A stretch of DNA of 25,301 bases, taken from a virus (taxonomy: Duplodnaviria > Caudoviricetes). Under the pieces are notes generated by a model. The model was not told where the DNA came from and ran no database searches. It saw only the letters and a program-made list of their open reading frames with translations. Positions within the stretch are counted from its first letter, which is position 1. Each line of letters starts with the position of its first letter. Shown in pieces: positions 16,236 through 24,808 of the stretch. The stretch is taken from positions 1 through 25,301 of the IMG/VR virus record IMGVR_UViG_3300042481_000276, one strand, 5' to 3'. The translations under genes were made by a program, and so were the position numbers.

Positions 16236-16750
16236 TTCACGCACCTTATGAGGATCGCCAAAGCTGACAGTATGCCGAGCAGCCATGTACTAGGCTCTGG
16301 AACGGTGTTTCCAGTGATTTGGAGTGACAAGCCGGTTGCGTTCTGCGCCCACGCAATTGGGTTATCTGCCGAAATACCAAGGTAGTAAGTCGTATGCGGG
16401 ACCATCGGAATATCGAGGTGAAAAAATGGGATGTTGGAGAACCCGATCAGGCTCACTTGGTCGGATGGAGTGTATTCCAATCGCATCTCGGTCATCCACC
16501 AGTCCACAGGCTTTTGCAGCAAGGGATCGTAAAATGACAGGTACAACGATCCGGTAAATCCGGCTGGCTTATAAATATTGAGCCTGTAATCCCACAGCTC
16601 GGTGGAGTCGCCAGAATTGAATGCCTGATATATCCACTGATCATGGCCCGTGTAGACAAGCCCCGTGATCGGCTCGGCTAAATTATCAAACAATATCTCC
16701 GAGCCTTGTACCGGCAGTGCCAGAAATAGCAGGAGCAGCAACTTTTTCAT
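16232..16750 (-). CDS. PEP-CTERM sorting-domain protein
   Basis: Signal peptide MKKLLLLLFLALPVQG; C-terminal VPEPSTWLLGILSALAILIRCVK. Confidence 0.88.
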   Translation of the reverse strand: MKKLLLLLFLALPVQGSEILFDNLAEPITGLVYTGHDQWIYQAFNSGDSTELWDYRLNIYKPAGFTGSLYLSFYDPLLQKPVDWWMTEMRLEYTPSDQVSLIGFSNIPFFHLDIPMVPHTTYYLGISADNPIAWAQNATGLSLQITGNTVPEPSTWLLGILSALAILIRCVK

Positions 16751-17301
16751 AGTGTTCCGTTTGCATTTGGAGGTATCGCCCACAACACGGGCATTTCGGC
16801 GGCGAATTGGGCGGGTGTGGGTACACTTCGAAGTCCCGCCAGCACGTCTGATTCGATCTTGTAGGCAACTTCGTAGCATCTCTGCCTGAACGACTTAGCG
16901 GCAACCCCGTCAGCGGCCCATTGCGGTACCGGACTGTCAAACCATGTGATGGCCGATGAAATAGAATCGAAGTCGCGTGGTGCAACCTGGGCATCCATGT
17001 GCTGATCCAAGAGTTGCTTGAGGATCGCTTTTTGTGACCTTAAATAGCCCATCTGTTCATCAGGCGTGAGCGTGACCACAGCCCATGTTTCAGTGACCTT
17101 CGAGCCTACCAGTTTCAACGTCTGAAGCAGTCGAGTTGTGGCTGGATTGATTGTCGGCTTAACCGATGGCGTGAACGGGTAGAAGCCGTATTGAGCTAGT
17201 ATATCGGCGTCCAGCGTGTGGAAGTTGCTGACGTTGGCGAAGGTCGTTGGCAACACTTGAGGTGATCCGATTTGACCGTTTTTGACTTGGCAGAATTGCA
17301 T
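16747..17301 (-). CDS. putative fibre assembly chaperone/accessory protein
   Basis: 184 aa after the fibre/lectin genes, with an LDQHMDAQV..RDFDSISSAITW pattern. Confidence 0.5.
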   Translation of the reverse strand: MQFCQVKNGQIGSPQVLPTTFANVSNFHTLDADILAQYGFYPFTPSVKPTINPATTRLLQTLKLVGSKVTETWAVVTLTPDEQMGYLRSQKAILKQLLDQHMDAQVAPRDFDSISSAITWFDSPVPQWAADGVAAKSFRQRCYEVAYKIESDVLAGLRSVPTPAQFAAEMPVLWAIPPNANGTL

Positions 17302-17309
17302 CTAGAGCC

Positions 17310-17984
17310 TCAAGAGTTGGGGAATGCGGTTGTTGGAACTGTGATTGTGCGGGCCACGCCTATTGTTGCTCGGAAGTCGTCGATGTAGCCTTTGAAATAT
17401 CGATGGGTGGGAATTGGGAATCCGATTGTTGTCGCTGCGGTAACGCTAAAAGCGTTAGCCCCAGATGCCACTTGCGTGCCGCCGACATAGATTTTGTAGT
17501 TATTCGACGTATCTCTAGTGACTGCAACGTGATACCAAGTCCCTGCTGTGATAATAGCTGGAGAAATAACGATGTCCGTCTGCGGATAGCGCATGACACG
17601 AACCCGTCGATTCGACAGAACAATTCCAAGTCCATTAATACTGTGAATGATCGTTCTGTATGTTTCAATGTCGTCTGGCCTGACCCAGCACTCAATTGTG
17701 AAAGCAGTTCCTGTGCCTGATGGCATCCCGCCTGAAAGAGACAGGTAATCTCCAGTGCCGTCAAAGTACGCTGCTGCCCCACCAAAACAGCTTTGGGTCG
17801 TGGATATTTGTGCGCCGTCTACGGCAGTAACTGTTTTTACATTTGCCGAATTATCTGTAAAAGTCGTGCTTCCATTTGCTCCATCCATGTGTAGTAGTAA
17901 GGAGACTGAGCTAAAGTAAGGATCACTTGGAACGATACCTCCACCACCAGACTTTTTTGCATTCCTGACAATGTTGGATAGCAT
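17310..17984 (-). CDS. LamG / concanavalin A-like lectin-domain virion protein
   Basis: DPYFSSVSLLLHMDGANGSTTFTD, FDGTGDYL, FTIECWV, WYHVAVTR and GYIDDFR. TAATG-coupled start at 17984. Confidence 0.85.
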   Translation of the reverse strand: MLSNIVRNAKKSGGGGIVPSDPYFSSVSLLLHMDGANGSTTFTDNSANVKTVTAVDGAQISTTQSCFGGAAAYFDGTGDYLSLSGGMPSGTGTAFTIECWVRPDDIETYRTIIHSINGLGIVLSNRRVRVMRYPQTDIVISPAIITAGTWYHVAVTRDTSNNYKIYVGGTQVASGANAFSVTAATTIGFPIPTHRYFKGYIDDFRATIGVARTITVPTTAFPNS

Positions 17985-18883
17985 TAGAAATTCTGCCCTC
18001 CCACATAACCCGTCCAGCTCGTCCCCGCATCGCTCGTGAAGAAGGCGAACGTGTCGATCTTGCCAGATGTCAATGTCAGCGTTGGAGCCGTGCCGCCAGC
18101 CCATTTAATGGATGCTGGCCAAGTCACTGCCCATGCTGTGCCGTCAGCCGTCAGGATCAGTGTGAACGATCCACCGGAACCGCTTGCAGGAGGATTGGAG
18201 ATCGTCAGGGTGGTGATGGCTGCGTTGAGCGAGACCGTAAAGATATTGGATATTTCGAGATTTAATGTCAGCGTTCCGGCTGAGATCGTTGGGCTGGAAA
18301 TGGTTTCGCTGTAATCACGAAGTTTAGCCCGAATCAGTTCCGTGTCGAGCAGATCCTGCGGCCCCGTAAGGTTGGCGTAATTGTAGTTTGCCGTAGGGAG
18401 ATAGGTTGCTGTGGCGTTTGCAGTTGTCAAATAAACCGTTAAGTTTGGCGTGCCTGTCAGGTCGGTATAATTCCCAGATGTCGCCACGTTGGCAAGAGTC
18501 GGTTTGCCTGTGATGTTCGCGTACGTTAGGTTTGCGGGCGTGAGATAGTTGCCAGATGCAGCGTATCGCCCGTCGGCATAGTCGCGTGTCAGGATTGAGT
18601 TGGCTGACCAGACTGTGACGTTGTTGAGCGTGGCCGATGAGGTTGTCAGCGTGAAATTCTGTGGGAAAAGAGCGATTTCCGTAACGTTGCCGAGGTTGTC
18701 TGTCGAGTACATGCCTGCATTCTTACTGATCTGGTAATTGGCGTAAATCGCGGTCCCGTTAGAATCCGTCTGGCCTGTGGGTAGGTTGGCAACAACGTAT
18801 TGCCACCCGCCGACACAGTGGGTTCCATTGTTTGGAAACTCTTGAATAACACCTTTGTGTTGCTTGCCAAAGATTAAAGACAT
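17984..18883 (-). CDS. putative fibre protein
   Basis: Y-x-[ND]-[LI]-TG-x-P repeats; C-terminal domain VTWPASIKWAGGTAPTLT...DTFAF typical of fibre tips. Confidence 0.7.
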   Translation of the reverse strand: MSLIFGKQHKGVIQEFPNNGTHCVGGWQYVVANLPTGQTDSNGTAIYANYQISKNAGMYSTDNLGNVTEIALFPQNFTLTTSSATLNNVTVWSANSILTRDYADGRYAASGNYLTPANLTYANITGKPTLANVATSGNYTDLTGTPNLTVYLTTANATATYLPTANYNYANLTGPQDLLDTELIRAKLRDYSETISSPTISAGTLTLNLEISNIFTVSLNAAITTLTISNPPASGSGGSFTLILTADGTAWAVTWPASIKWAGGTAPTLTLTSGKIDTFAFFTSDAGTSWTGYVGGQNF

Positions 18884-18884
18884 G

Positions 18885-19640
18885 TCAGGACCCCTTGAAT
18901 GTCAGAGGTGCAAACAGAGTTTTCGCAACTTCGAGCGTAACTACCTCGTCGCCATTTACCGTGACGAGTCCGTTGGTCAATATCGTGACTCCTGCGCCAT
19001 CGACTTGCATATCGGTCGAAATGTCGTCAATATAGTTTTTGAAGTATAATCTTGCACCACCAAAAGCAGCGACATTAAACCCGGCAGTAAAGCTAAGGTT
19101 CCCAGACCGATCCGTCCTGGCATATCTTAGGGTTGCCCCCACGACTTCAAGTTGCTCTTTACCAATGTCCATTGCCGGATCGTTGTAAGTCTGGGTATAC
19201 CCAGCAACGTGTCCCCCTGCAACACTGGTAATTGGATTATATGCCAAACCAGAATATGACTCTAACAGGACGGTACTGTTGTTTTGGCCCGCTGTTGTTC
19301 GGTTGGCCCTCAGGCCAGCAACGTATCGAGCATTGCTACTTCCAAGTCCGTTGGGTATCTGGCTCACCCCGTAGGTGACGTTCGAAATCTCGATCATCCC
19401 GTTCTGAGCCGACAGCAGCCCATTGGCGTTGATCGACAGATTATCACCAACAATGACCCCGCCAAGAGTGGTGGTGGTCGCTGGCGATAAGACTGAGCCG
19501 GGGCCTTGCGGTCCCTGTACACCCATCGTCAGCACTTCGATTTGCTTATCACCAGTGACTTGGATGGTGTCGGTCGTGCCGCTGCCTGTGACCGTCACCA
19601 CATCGACGCGGGTTTCCGTGACTACGACGATATCAGACAC
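18885..19640 (-). CDS. putative fibre/virion appendage protein
   Basis: Collagen-like stub GVQGPQGPG and the motif PATTTTLGGVIVGDNLSI. Confidence 0.6.
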   Translation of the reverse strand: MSDIVVVTETRVDVVTVTGSGTTDTIQVTGDKQIEVLTMGVQGPQGPGSVLSPATTTTLGGVIVGDNLSINANGLLSAQNGMIEISNVTYGVSQIPNGLGSSNARYVAGLRANRTTAGQNNSTVLLESYSGLAYNPITSVAGGHVAGYTQTYNDPAMDIGKEQLEVVGATLRYARTDRSGNLSFTAGFNVAAFGGARLYFKNYIDDISTDMQVDGAGVTILTNGLVTVNGDEVVTLEVAKTLFAPLTFKGS

Positions 19641-19977
19641 GTGTCACCTCCGGTGATACGGTCAGTGTGCCGCTCAAAAGCCGTGTGACCGCACCGCTGC
19701 CAAACAGGACTTCGAGGTCGTAAACTCCGTTGACCAGATTGGCAGTCACAGCAGGGTCAAGGCTGATTGCAATGTTTCCAGTGGTCGCGTTGGCGATGGA
19801 TAGGCAAGCCGATGGGGAAGTGAGTGACAGAGTCGTGTTGGCATCCGCGTAAGATGTGCGGACCATCAACCGTGCCGTGCATCCGGCCAGGTTGACGGCG
19901 ATGTTAGCGGACTTCCACTGAAGCGAACGGGCGAATGTGGCACCGGCTTCAATCTCAAGGTTGTATGTTCCGGCCAT
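19633..19977 (-). CDS. virion structural protein (fibre adaptor-like beta-sandwich)
   Basis: TYNLEIEAGATF...VNLAGCTARLMVR...GVYDLEV...RLLSGTLTVSPEVT, a pattern common in phage structural proteins. Confidence 0.65.
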   Translation of the reverse strand: MAGTYNLEIEAGATFARSLQWKSANIAVNLAGCTARLMVRTSYADANTTLSLTSPSACLSIANATTGNIAISLDPAVTANLVNGVYDLEVLFGSGAVTRLLSGTLTVSPEVTRV

Positions 19978-21285
19978 TTATTCCGCCTCCATTTCCACAT
20001 CGGGTGTCTCAGTTTCCGCAGGTTCTTCCGGCTCCACAGCCTCAGCCGCCGGAACTTCCTCCAGCTCACCAAGGCCCAAAGTCGCACGCGCTTCGTTGAT
20101 GGTAAAGATTCCTGCACCGACACCAGCCGTGGCGATGTCCATTAGTGCTTTTCTATCAACGGACAGCTCTTCGATCTGAGACGTGTCAAACCTCACACAC
20201 AGCTCTGGATTAGGCTGCGATGTCACGCCGTCGCAGGCAATGGGAAGCGTTTGCACCAATCGAGTGAGTTCACCGGCCACCAAGTCGAGGAACGGAATCA
20301 CCGCGTCCCGCCATGATGCCTTGTTAGCCTCAACCAAGTTACTGTAAGTCCTGCCTGTATCCGGCTGTTTGAGGCTCATAGGTGCCCATCCTAGCACACC
20401 ACAGATGCGGGCGGTGGCTAAATCGGCCATTTCGCTGACAGATAAATCTTTGGGCGAAAAGCCCGGTGATTTGATATCCATTTCGCTAGTCCCAACGAAT
20501 GGCCTGCCCACCGCTTTACCGCTCACTGCCCGTGCCAGATCAGACTGGACTTGCGAGAGTTGCAGGTCGGATAGATTGCCGACCGTTTTGAGCGACACGA
20601 TCAACGATGGCACGCCGGATCGGCTCAGAACAGTCGTCTCGTATTGACCGATGATTTTGACCAGTGCCATCTCAGCAACAACAGAATCGAGCACCGAAAC
20701 GCCACGCGATTGGGCATAAGATGACCGCCCCTGACGGTAGGCCAGCATCAATTCGGCGGGAACACTGTAGTTGTAAGCTCGGCCCCAATCGCTTCCCATC
20801 ACTGGATATTCGATCACCTCGTTGATGCTTTCGCCCATGATCGGACGCATGATCCAGGGCGACGGGATTGGCATCAACTCAGTGACCGCATTGCCAGCGG
20901 TGTTAGTGATCACCTGCACATAAGCGTTGCCGTTATCGCATAGGCTGGCGTACAGGTGCTCCAGCACGGTCGCATCTGACTCACCCGGTGACGGACGCTG
21001 CCAGAGGTATTGCAAAGGGTGATCGACCGGCTTAAACCCGCCATCCTCGTCCCAATAGCCCACCTGCATGATGGCTTTGGTAGCGTTGCGACGCATCGCC
21101 TGTATCGCGGCCTGAACCACAGAAACCTGTGTGTAAGGGCGTGCCAGCGTCATGTAATCGTTAGATAAGCCAGTCATCATATCCACCGACCATGATGACG
21201 CGGCAATATCGGCGGTGTTGGCAGTGACGCCAGCCCTCACGGACTTGGTGAACCGGTCTCGGATGTTGTCGAACAGTGTTGCCAT
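19978..21285 (-). CDS. portal protein (HK97-like)
   Basis: HPLQYLWQRPSP, LCDNGNAY, RGVSVL, ICGVLG, TYSNLVEA and FTINEARATLGL. Confidence 0.9.
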   Translation of the reverse strand: MATLFDNIRDRFTKSVRAGVTANTADIAASSWSVDMMTGLSNDYMTLARPYTQVSVVQAAIQAMRRNATKAIMQVGYWDEDGGFKPVDHPLQYLWQRPSPGESDATVLEHLYASLCDNGNAYVQVITNTAGNAVTELMPIPSPWIMRPIMGESINEVIEYPVMGSDWGRAYNYSVPAELMLAYRQGRSSYAQSRGVSVLDSVVAEMALVKIIGQYETTVLSRSGVPSLIVSLKTVGNLSDLQLSQVQSDLARAVSGKAVGRPFVGTSEMDIKSPGFSPKDLSVSEMADLATARICGVLGWAPMSLKQPDTGRTYSNLVEANKASWRDAVIPFLDLVAGELTRLVQTLPIACDGVTSQPNPELCVRFDTSQIEELSVDRKALMDIATAGVGAGIFTINEARATLGLGELEEVPAAEAVEPEEPAETETPDVEMEAE

Positions 21286-21291
21286 AGTGGT

Positions 21292-22644
21292 TTAGGAGAC
21301 CCATCTGAACGGTTGTACTGAGGAGAGATAGCTGAACGTGTCGGCAGCAGCATCGACTTGATCGTCATGCTTGCCGGTTGGGAATGAGCACAATTCGTCG
21401 ATGAAATCACGGTTCCAGTCGCCTTTTTCCAGCTCAATCGAACCGGATTCAAAAGCAGCGGCCATTGGCATAGCCCGCACTTCTTTTGAGCCTGTGGGGC
21501 GTTTGCTGATGACTCCATAACCGATCAGGTTGCGGGTATCGTGCTGGACCTGATCGACACCCGCGGAGCCGGGGTCTTGTGCCAGATGGACGATCGTTTC
21601 GCGGCCATCAGTCTCAGCAATCTGACGCTGAATTGTGCGACGGGTAGCAGGCGACCACTGCCCGCGTGAAACGTGCTTGATTCGGTAGATGTCGCCGGTC
21701 CTGCACATCCACACACCGGCAGTGTAATCACCACCACCGACCGTTGCGGCTGTGTCCCATGCTCGGCATGAGTTGGAGTTGAGTGGTATCGGCGATGGAT
21801 CGATGATCCTGAACCATTCCGGTCGAAAGAAACCGCCATCACGTGGCGTGGGTGTCTGCTGATAGAGGGCTGAAAAGGCGTAGGAACCGACGGTCTTTTT
21901 GATCCGGTCGAAGTCTTCCACGGAATACCGTTCCGGCCACAGCGCCTCACCGGGCTGACGACCGATCAGGTCATCCGCTTCAGCAATGGCCGGAAGGCTG
22001 ACCACATCCCACTGTTCGCCACCGTCATTGGCCTGTTCGAGCAATTGGCCAGCCAAGTCGAGAGAGTGCCAGCGTGTCATGATCAGGACGATTGCCGCAC
22101 CAGGGTGAAGGCGTGTGTAGAGGTCGTTTTGAAACCAATCCATCACCCTGGCACGATAGGTGGGTGATTCGGCCTCAGCACGCGACTTCACTGGGTCATC
22201 GATAATGACCAAATCAGCACCGTAGCCTGTGACACCAGAGCCGACACCAACCGCATAAAGCCCGCCACCGTGTTCACTTGACCACTGATTCTGTTTGTTT
22301 TGGTCGTCGGAAAACTCGAAACCGAATTCCTTGGCGATCCGGCGTGTCTGACGCGAGAAAGTGCAGGCAAGAGAGTGATTGTAGGCTCCAATGATCACCC
22401 GTAAACTCTGGTCCAGCAATAACCTGTAACCAGCGTAATGGATCGTTGCCAGCTCACTCTTGCCGTGCCTGGGCGGCAAGAAGAGCATCAACCGTTTGCA
22501 ATCACCGGTCGTCACCCTGTCCAGCGCCCGGCGGCATTCCGCCAAGTGTTCGGGCGACCACTGGTGTGCTGGTGTTGCCGCTTGAAGGAAGCGGTTTAGG
22601 CCCCTTGGAATTAACTGTTTTGCGTGGTGGCGTGTCGCACTCAT
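21292..22644 (-). CDS. terL: terminase large subunit
   Basis: Walker A LPPRHGKS, Walker B IIDDP, nuclease motifs RAWDTA and HDDQVDA. Confidence 0.95.
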   Translation of the reverse strand: MSATRHHAKQLIPRGLNRFLQAATPAHQWSPEHLAECRRALDRVTTGDCKRLMLFLPPRHGKSELATIHYAGYRLLLDQSLRVIIGAYNHSLACTFSRQTRRIAKEFGFEFSDDQNKQNQWSSEHGGGLYAVGVGSGVTGYGADLVIIDDPVKSRAEAESPTYRARVMDWFQNDLYTRLHPGAAIVLIMTRWHSLDLAGQLLEQANDGGEQWDVVSLPAIAEADDLIGRQPGEALWPERYSVEDFDRIKKTVGSYAFSALYQQTPTPRDGGFFRPEWFRIIDPSPIPLNSNSCRAWDTAATVGGGDYTAGVWMCRTGDIYRIKHVSRGQWSPATRRTIQRQIAETDGRETIVHLAQDPGSAGVDQVQHDTRNLIGYGVISKRPTGSKEVRAMPMAAAFESGSIELEKGDWNRDFIDELCSFPTGKHDDQVDAAADTFSYLSSVQPFRWVS

Positions 22645-22915
22645 TATCGAGACTTGCCCAGTCGATTTGGGGTTTATCGCTGATTTCGATGTTCGTCGTC
22701 ACCTTGCCGTCCATCCGGTCCCAGATTGCTGACCAGTAACGGAAGTCACCTTCCAGAGCCATCTTCAGGCCCTTTTGGACCATCGCCCGTAGCAGTTCTG
22801 GCTTAGATTCCAGCTCTGCTTCGAGGGCGATCTGGAGCGGCTTTTTTGGACGACCACCGGTGTTTCCAGAGACGCCTTTGGGCCACGGTTTAAGGTTTTG
22901 GAGGTTCGGTGGCAT
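22502..22915 (-). CDS. terminase small subunit (putative)
   Basis: N-terminus NLKPWPKGVSGNTGGRPK and WDRMDGKV; directly upstream of TerL. Confidence 0.75.
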   Translation of the reverse strand: MPPNLQNLKPWPKGVSGNTGGRPKKPLQIALEAELESKPELLRAMVQKGLKMALEGDFRYWSAIWDRMDGKVTTNIEISDKPQIDWASLDNECDTPPRKTVNSKGPKPLPSSGNTSTPVVARTLGGMPPGAGQGDDR

Positions 22916-22918
22916 GCG

Positions 22919-23614
22919 TCACTGTTTTTCCATTGGGGGTAGTGGCGGGTTCAGAAGCGTTCGGGTCGGAGTCGCACCGCCCCCTTCTGACTGGATGCCA
23001 GACGTGCCGCTGTCAGCACTTCGAACGCGTTTTGGATACGGTTGTCTGAGTGGTTCGATCTTGGCTCGCATCTCGTCATCAAGGGGCATGAGATACTTGT
23101 GCTTTGCTGACTTCGGGACATTCCGAGATCCTTCAGGCAGATTTGTTCCATAAAGGCTGTATGCTTGCCTTCGATGCATCATTCGGCCATTCACGACGAC
23201 ATTAGACTCACCGCCGTGCGTTCCTGTGAACGGCCATCCGCAAGCCTGGTAAATCCCGCCATGATGACCTTGCCCTGTATCTGCGTAGCTGACGACAAGC
23301 CGAATTCCTGGGCAAGCCTTTTTCAGAAACTTGATCGCAAGAGCCAAGATCTTGCTGACTTCGTTTGCGTGATTTCCGAGAGCCACCCTTGTCAATTCAC
23401 AGACCTCGACAGGCTTTAAGCTGTACGGCTTGTGAATGTTCTGATTTGCTCCAAGTGAAAAATAGACACAGCCTATGAACCGTCCGCTTTCCCATGCACC
23501 AATTTTTACCGACTTCCCCGCCGGAAGGGACTTAGAGTAATGCCAATGCTCAACAGCATATTTTGCTGCCTCATGAGTGCACCAATCAAGTTTGAGTTCA
23601 GGGCGTGAAGACAT
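22919..23614 (-). CDS. mom: Mu Mom-like DNA adenine hypermodification enzyme (GNAT fold)
   Basis: Motif series matches Mu Mom as I recall it: HYS, ELTR, VVSYAD..QGH.G.IYQA.GW...G, HKYL, QPYPK. Likely start MSSRPE at 23614. Confidence 0.85.
   Translation of the reverse strand: MSSRPELKLDWCTHEAAKYAVEHWHYSKSLPAGKSVKIGAWESGRFIGCVYFSLGANQNIHKPYSLKPVEVCELTRVALGNHANEVSKILALAIKFLKKACPGIRLVVSYADTGQGHHGGIYQACGWPFTGTHGGESNVVVNGRMMHRRQAYSLYGTNLPEGSRNVPKSAKHKYLMPLDDEMRAKIEPLRQPYPKRVRSADSGTSGIQSEGGGATPTRTLLNPPLPPMEKQ
22956..23028 (-). tRNA. non-canonical tRNA-Gly(UCC)-like element nested in the mom-like gene
   Basis: Acceptor stem GCGTTCG/CGAACGC plus U73; D stem GTGC/GCAC; anticodon stem TCTGG/TCAGA with loop CATCCAG; T arm GGCGG-TGCGACT-CCG(A)CC. 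73 nt, no encoded CCA. Confidence 0.8.
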
Positions 23615-24107
23615 GACCACACCCCGGGCATTCAGTTTTAGCCTTCTCATCAAGCCTGCCTTGATCATCAATCGAGCCAGGCTGAAAGTCGGGTGTCAGC
23701 AACTCGCTCCCCAACCCCTCCACAAGTGCGTCAATCTCGCCATCACTATACCCTGCCGCAGCCGTATCGAACTCCTCCGATTGCAACGCCCGCAAGGTCT
23801 CAGCCAGCGCCGTGGTATCCCACTCGGCCAGTTCCGCCGTCCGGTTGTCAGCGATGGCGTAAGCGGTCGCAGCCGATCCAGTGAGCGACGACTCGACCAC
23901 CTTGATATCGCTCCACCCTAGTTTGACTGCGGCCATGTACCGACCGTTGCCGGATAGGATGATGCCCTTGGAGTCGATCACAATCGGGTGTTGCTGCCCA
24001 AACTTGCGAAGGCTGGCAACGATCGCGTCAATGTTCCGCTCCCCGTGCTTTCGCAGGTTCGCAGGGTCCTGAGATATCGAGCCGATGGCGACTGTCTTGA
24101 TTTTCAT
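23598..24107 (-). CDS. ParB/Srx N-terminal domain protein
   Basis: DPANLRKH, SLRKFGQQHPIVID, LSGNGR, IADNRTAELAEWD and C-terminal CPGCGHVF. Confidence 0.88.
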   Translation of the reverse strand: MKIKTVAIGSISQDPANLRKHGERNIDAIVASLRKFGQQHPIVIDSKGIILSGNGRYMAAVKLGWSDIKVVESSLTGSAATAYAIADNRTAELAEWDTTALAETLRALQSEEFDTAAAGYSDGEIDALVEGLGSELLTPDFQPGSIDDQGRLDEKAKTECPGCGHVFTP

Positions 24108-24574
24108 TTGAGCTTTCGGGTCCTGCGTTTAGCCTTCTTGTCGCGTGCCTCAGCCTCAGCTTCAGAAGCCTCAGCGAAAATATCGTCGATCCGCTCGTGC
24201 TCAAGTTCTCGCTCGAAACCCGTGGAATGGCAGGCAGCACAATAGAGCCGAGACCCGCGTTTGATCCCACGGCAACGATCACACGTGGCCGGGTCCTGAT
24301 CCTGTGTCTCAGGCGTCCAATCACCCTGGCCGAACACGACGCCAATCACGGCGGGTGCTTTGCGTGATTTAGTTGGGTCAACCATCTTGCGATACGTGTT
24401 GCGGCAGACGCCGAGGACTCGGCAGGCGTCTGTGTCTTTCACATTTTCGAGCAGAAGGAGAAGCGCGAAAGCACGTCGCACAACTGCTACATCCACTTTA
24501 GTGCTACGCCCGCGGTTGCCGCGGTTGCTGAGATTGCTGAGGGCAACCTTGACGCCAGAAGTGTCAACAAGCAT
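24104..24574 (-). CDS. putative DNA-binding regulator (HTH + Zn ribbon)
   Basis: HTH-like DTDACRVLGVCRNTYRKM, CDRC...CAAC and a basic tail. Confidence 0.6.
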   Translation of the reverse strand: MLVDTSGVKVALSNLSNRGNRGRSTKVDVAVVRRAFALLLLLENVKDTDACRVLGVCRNTYRKMVDPTKSRKAPAVIGVVFGQGDWTPETQDQDPATCDRCRGIKRGSRLYCAACHSTGFERELEHERIDDIFAEASEAEAEARDKKAKRRTRKLK

Positions 24575-24808
24575 GGTGTTCGCCTCGCGTTTTACCTATA
24601 AGGTGTGGTACGTGTTCACTTTCGGTGAAAATAAAGTCGTAAGTCATGGTGTGGTAACGAATTAAAAAATATTAATTTTGTTCACGCCTCCTGCGGGTGT
24701 GGGACTCCACCAGACTGACCGGAGGTAACGGGATCGGCCCAAGATCGGCAAGGTTGGCCTTGTCACCATGCAATGCCCGAAGCCGTGACCATTTGCGGCT
24801 CCGGTGAA

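Noticed and set aside
22956-23028. Standard decoding tRNA or attP/attB remnant
   Set aside because: It lacks U8, U33, TTC and CCA, so it is unlikely to decode. It is a full-length cloverleaf with no duplicate or integrase in the window, so it does not look like an att site.
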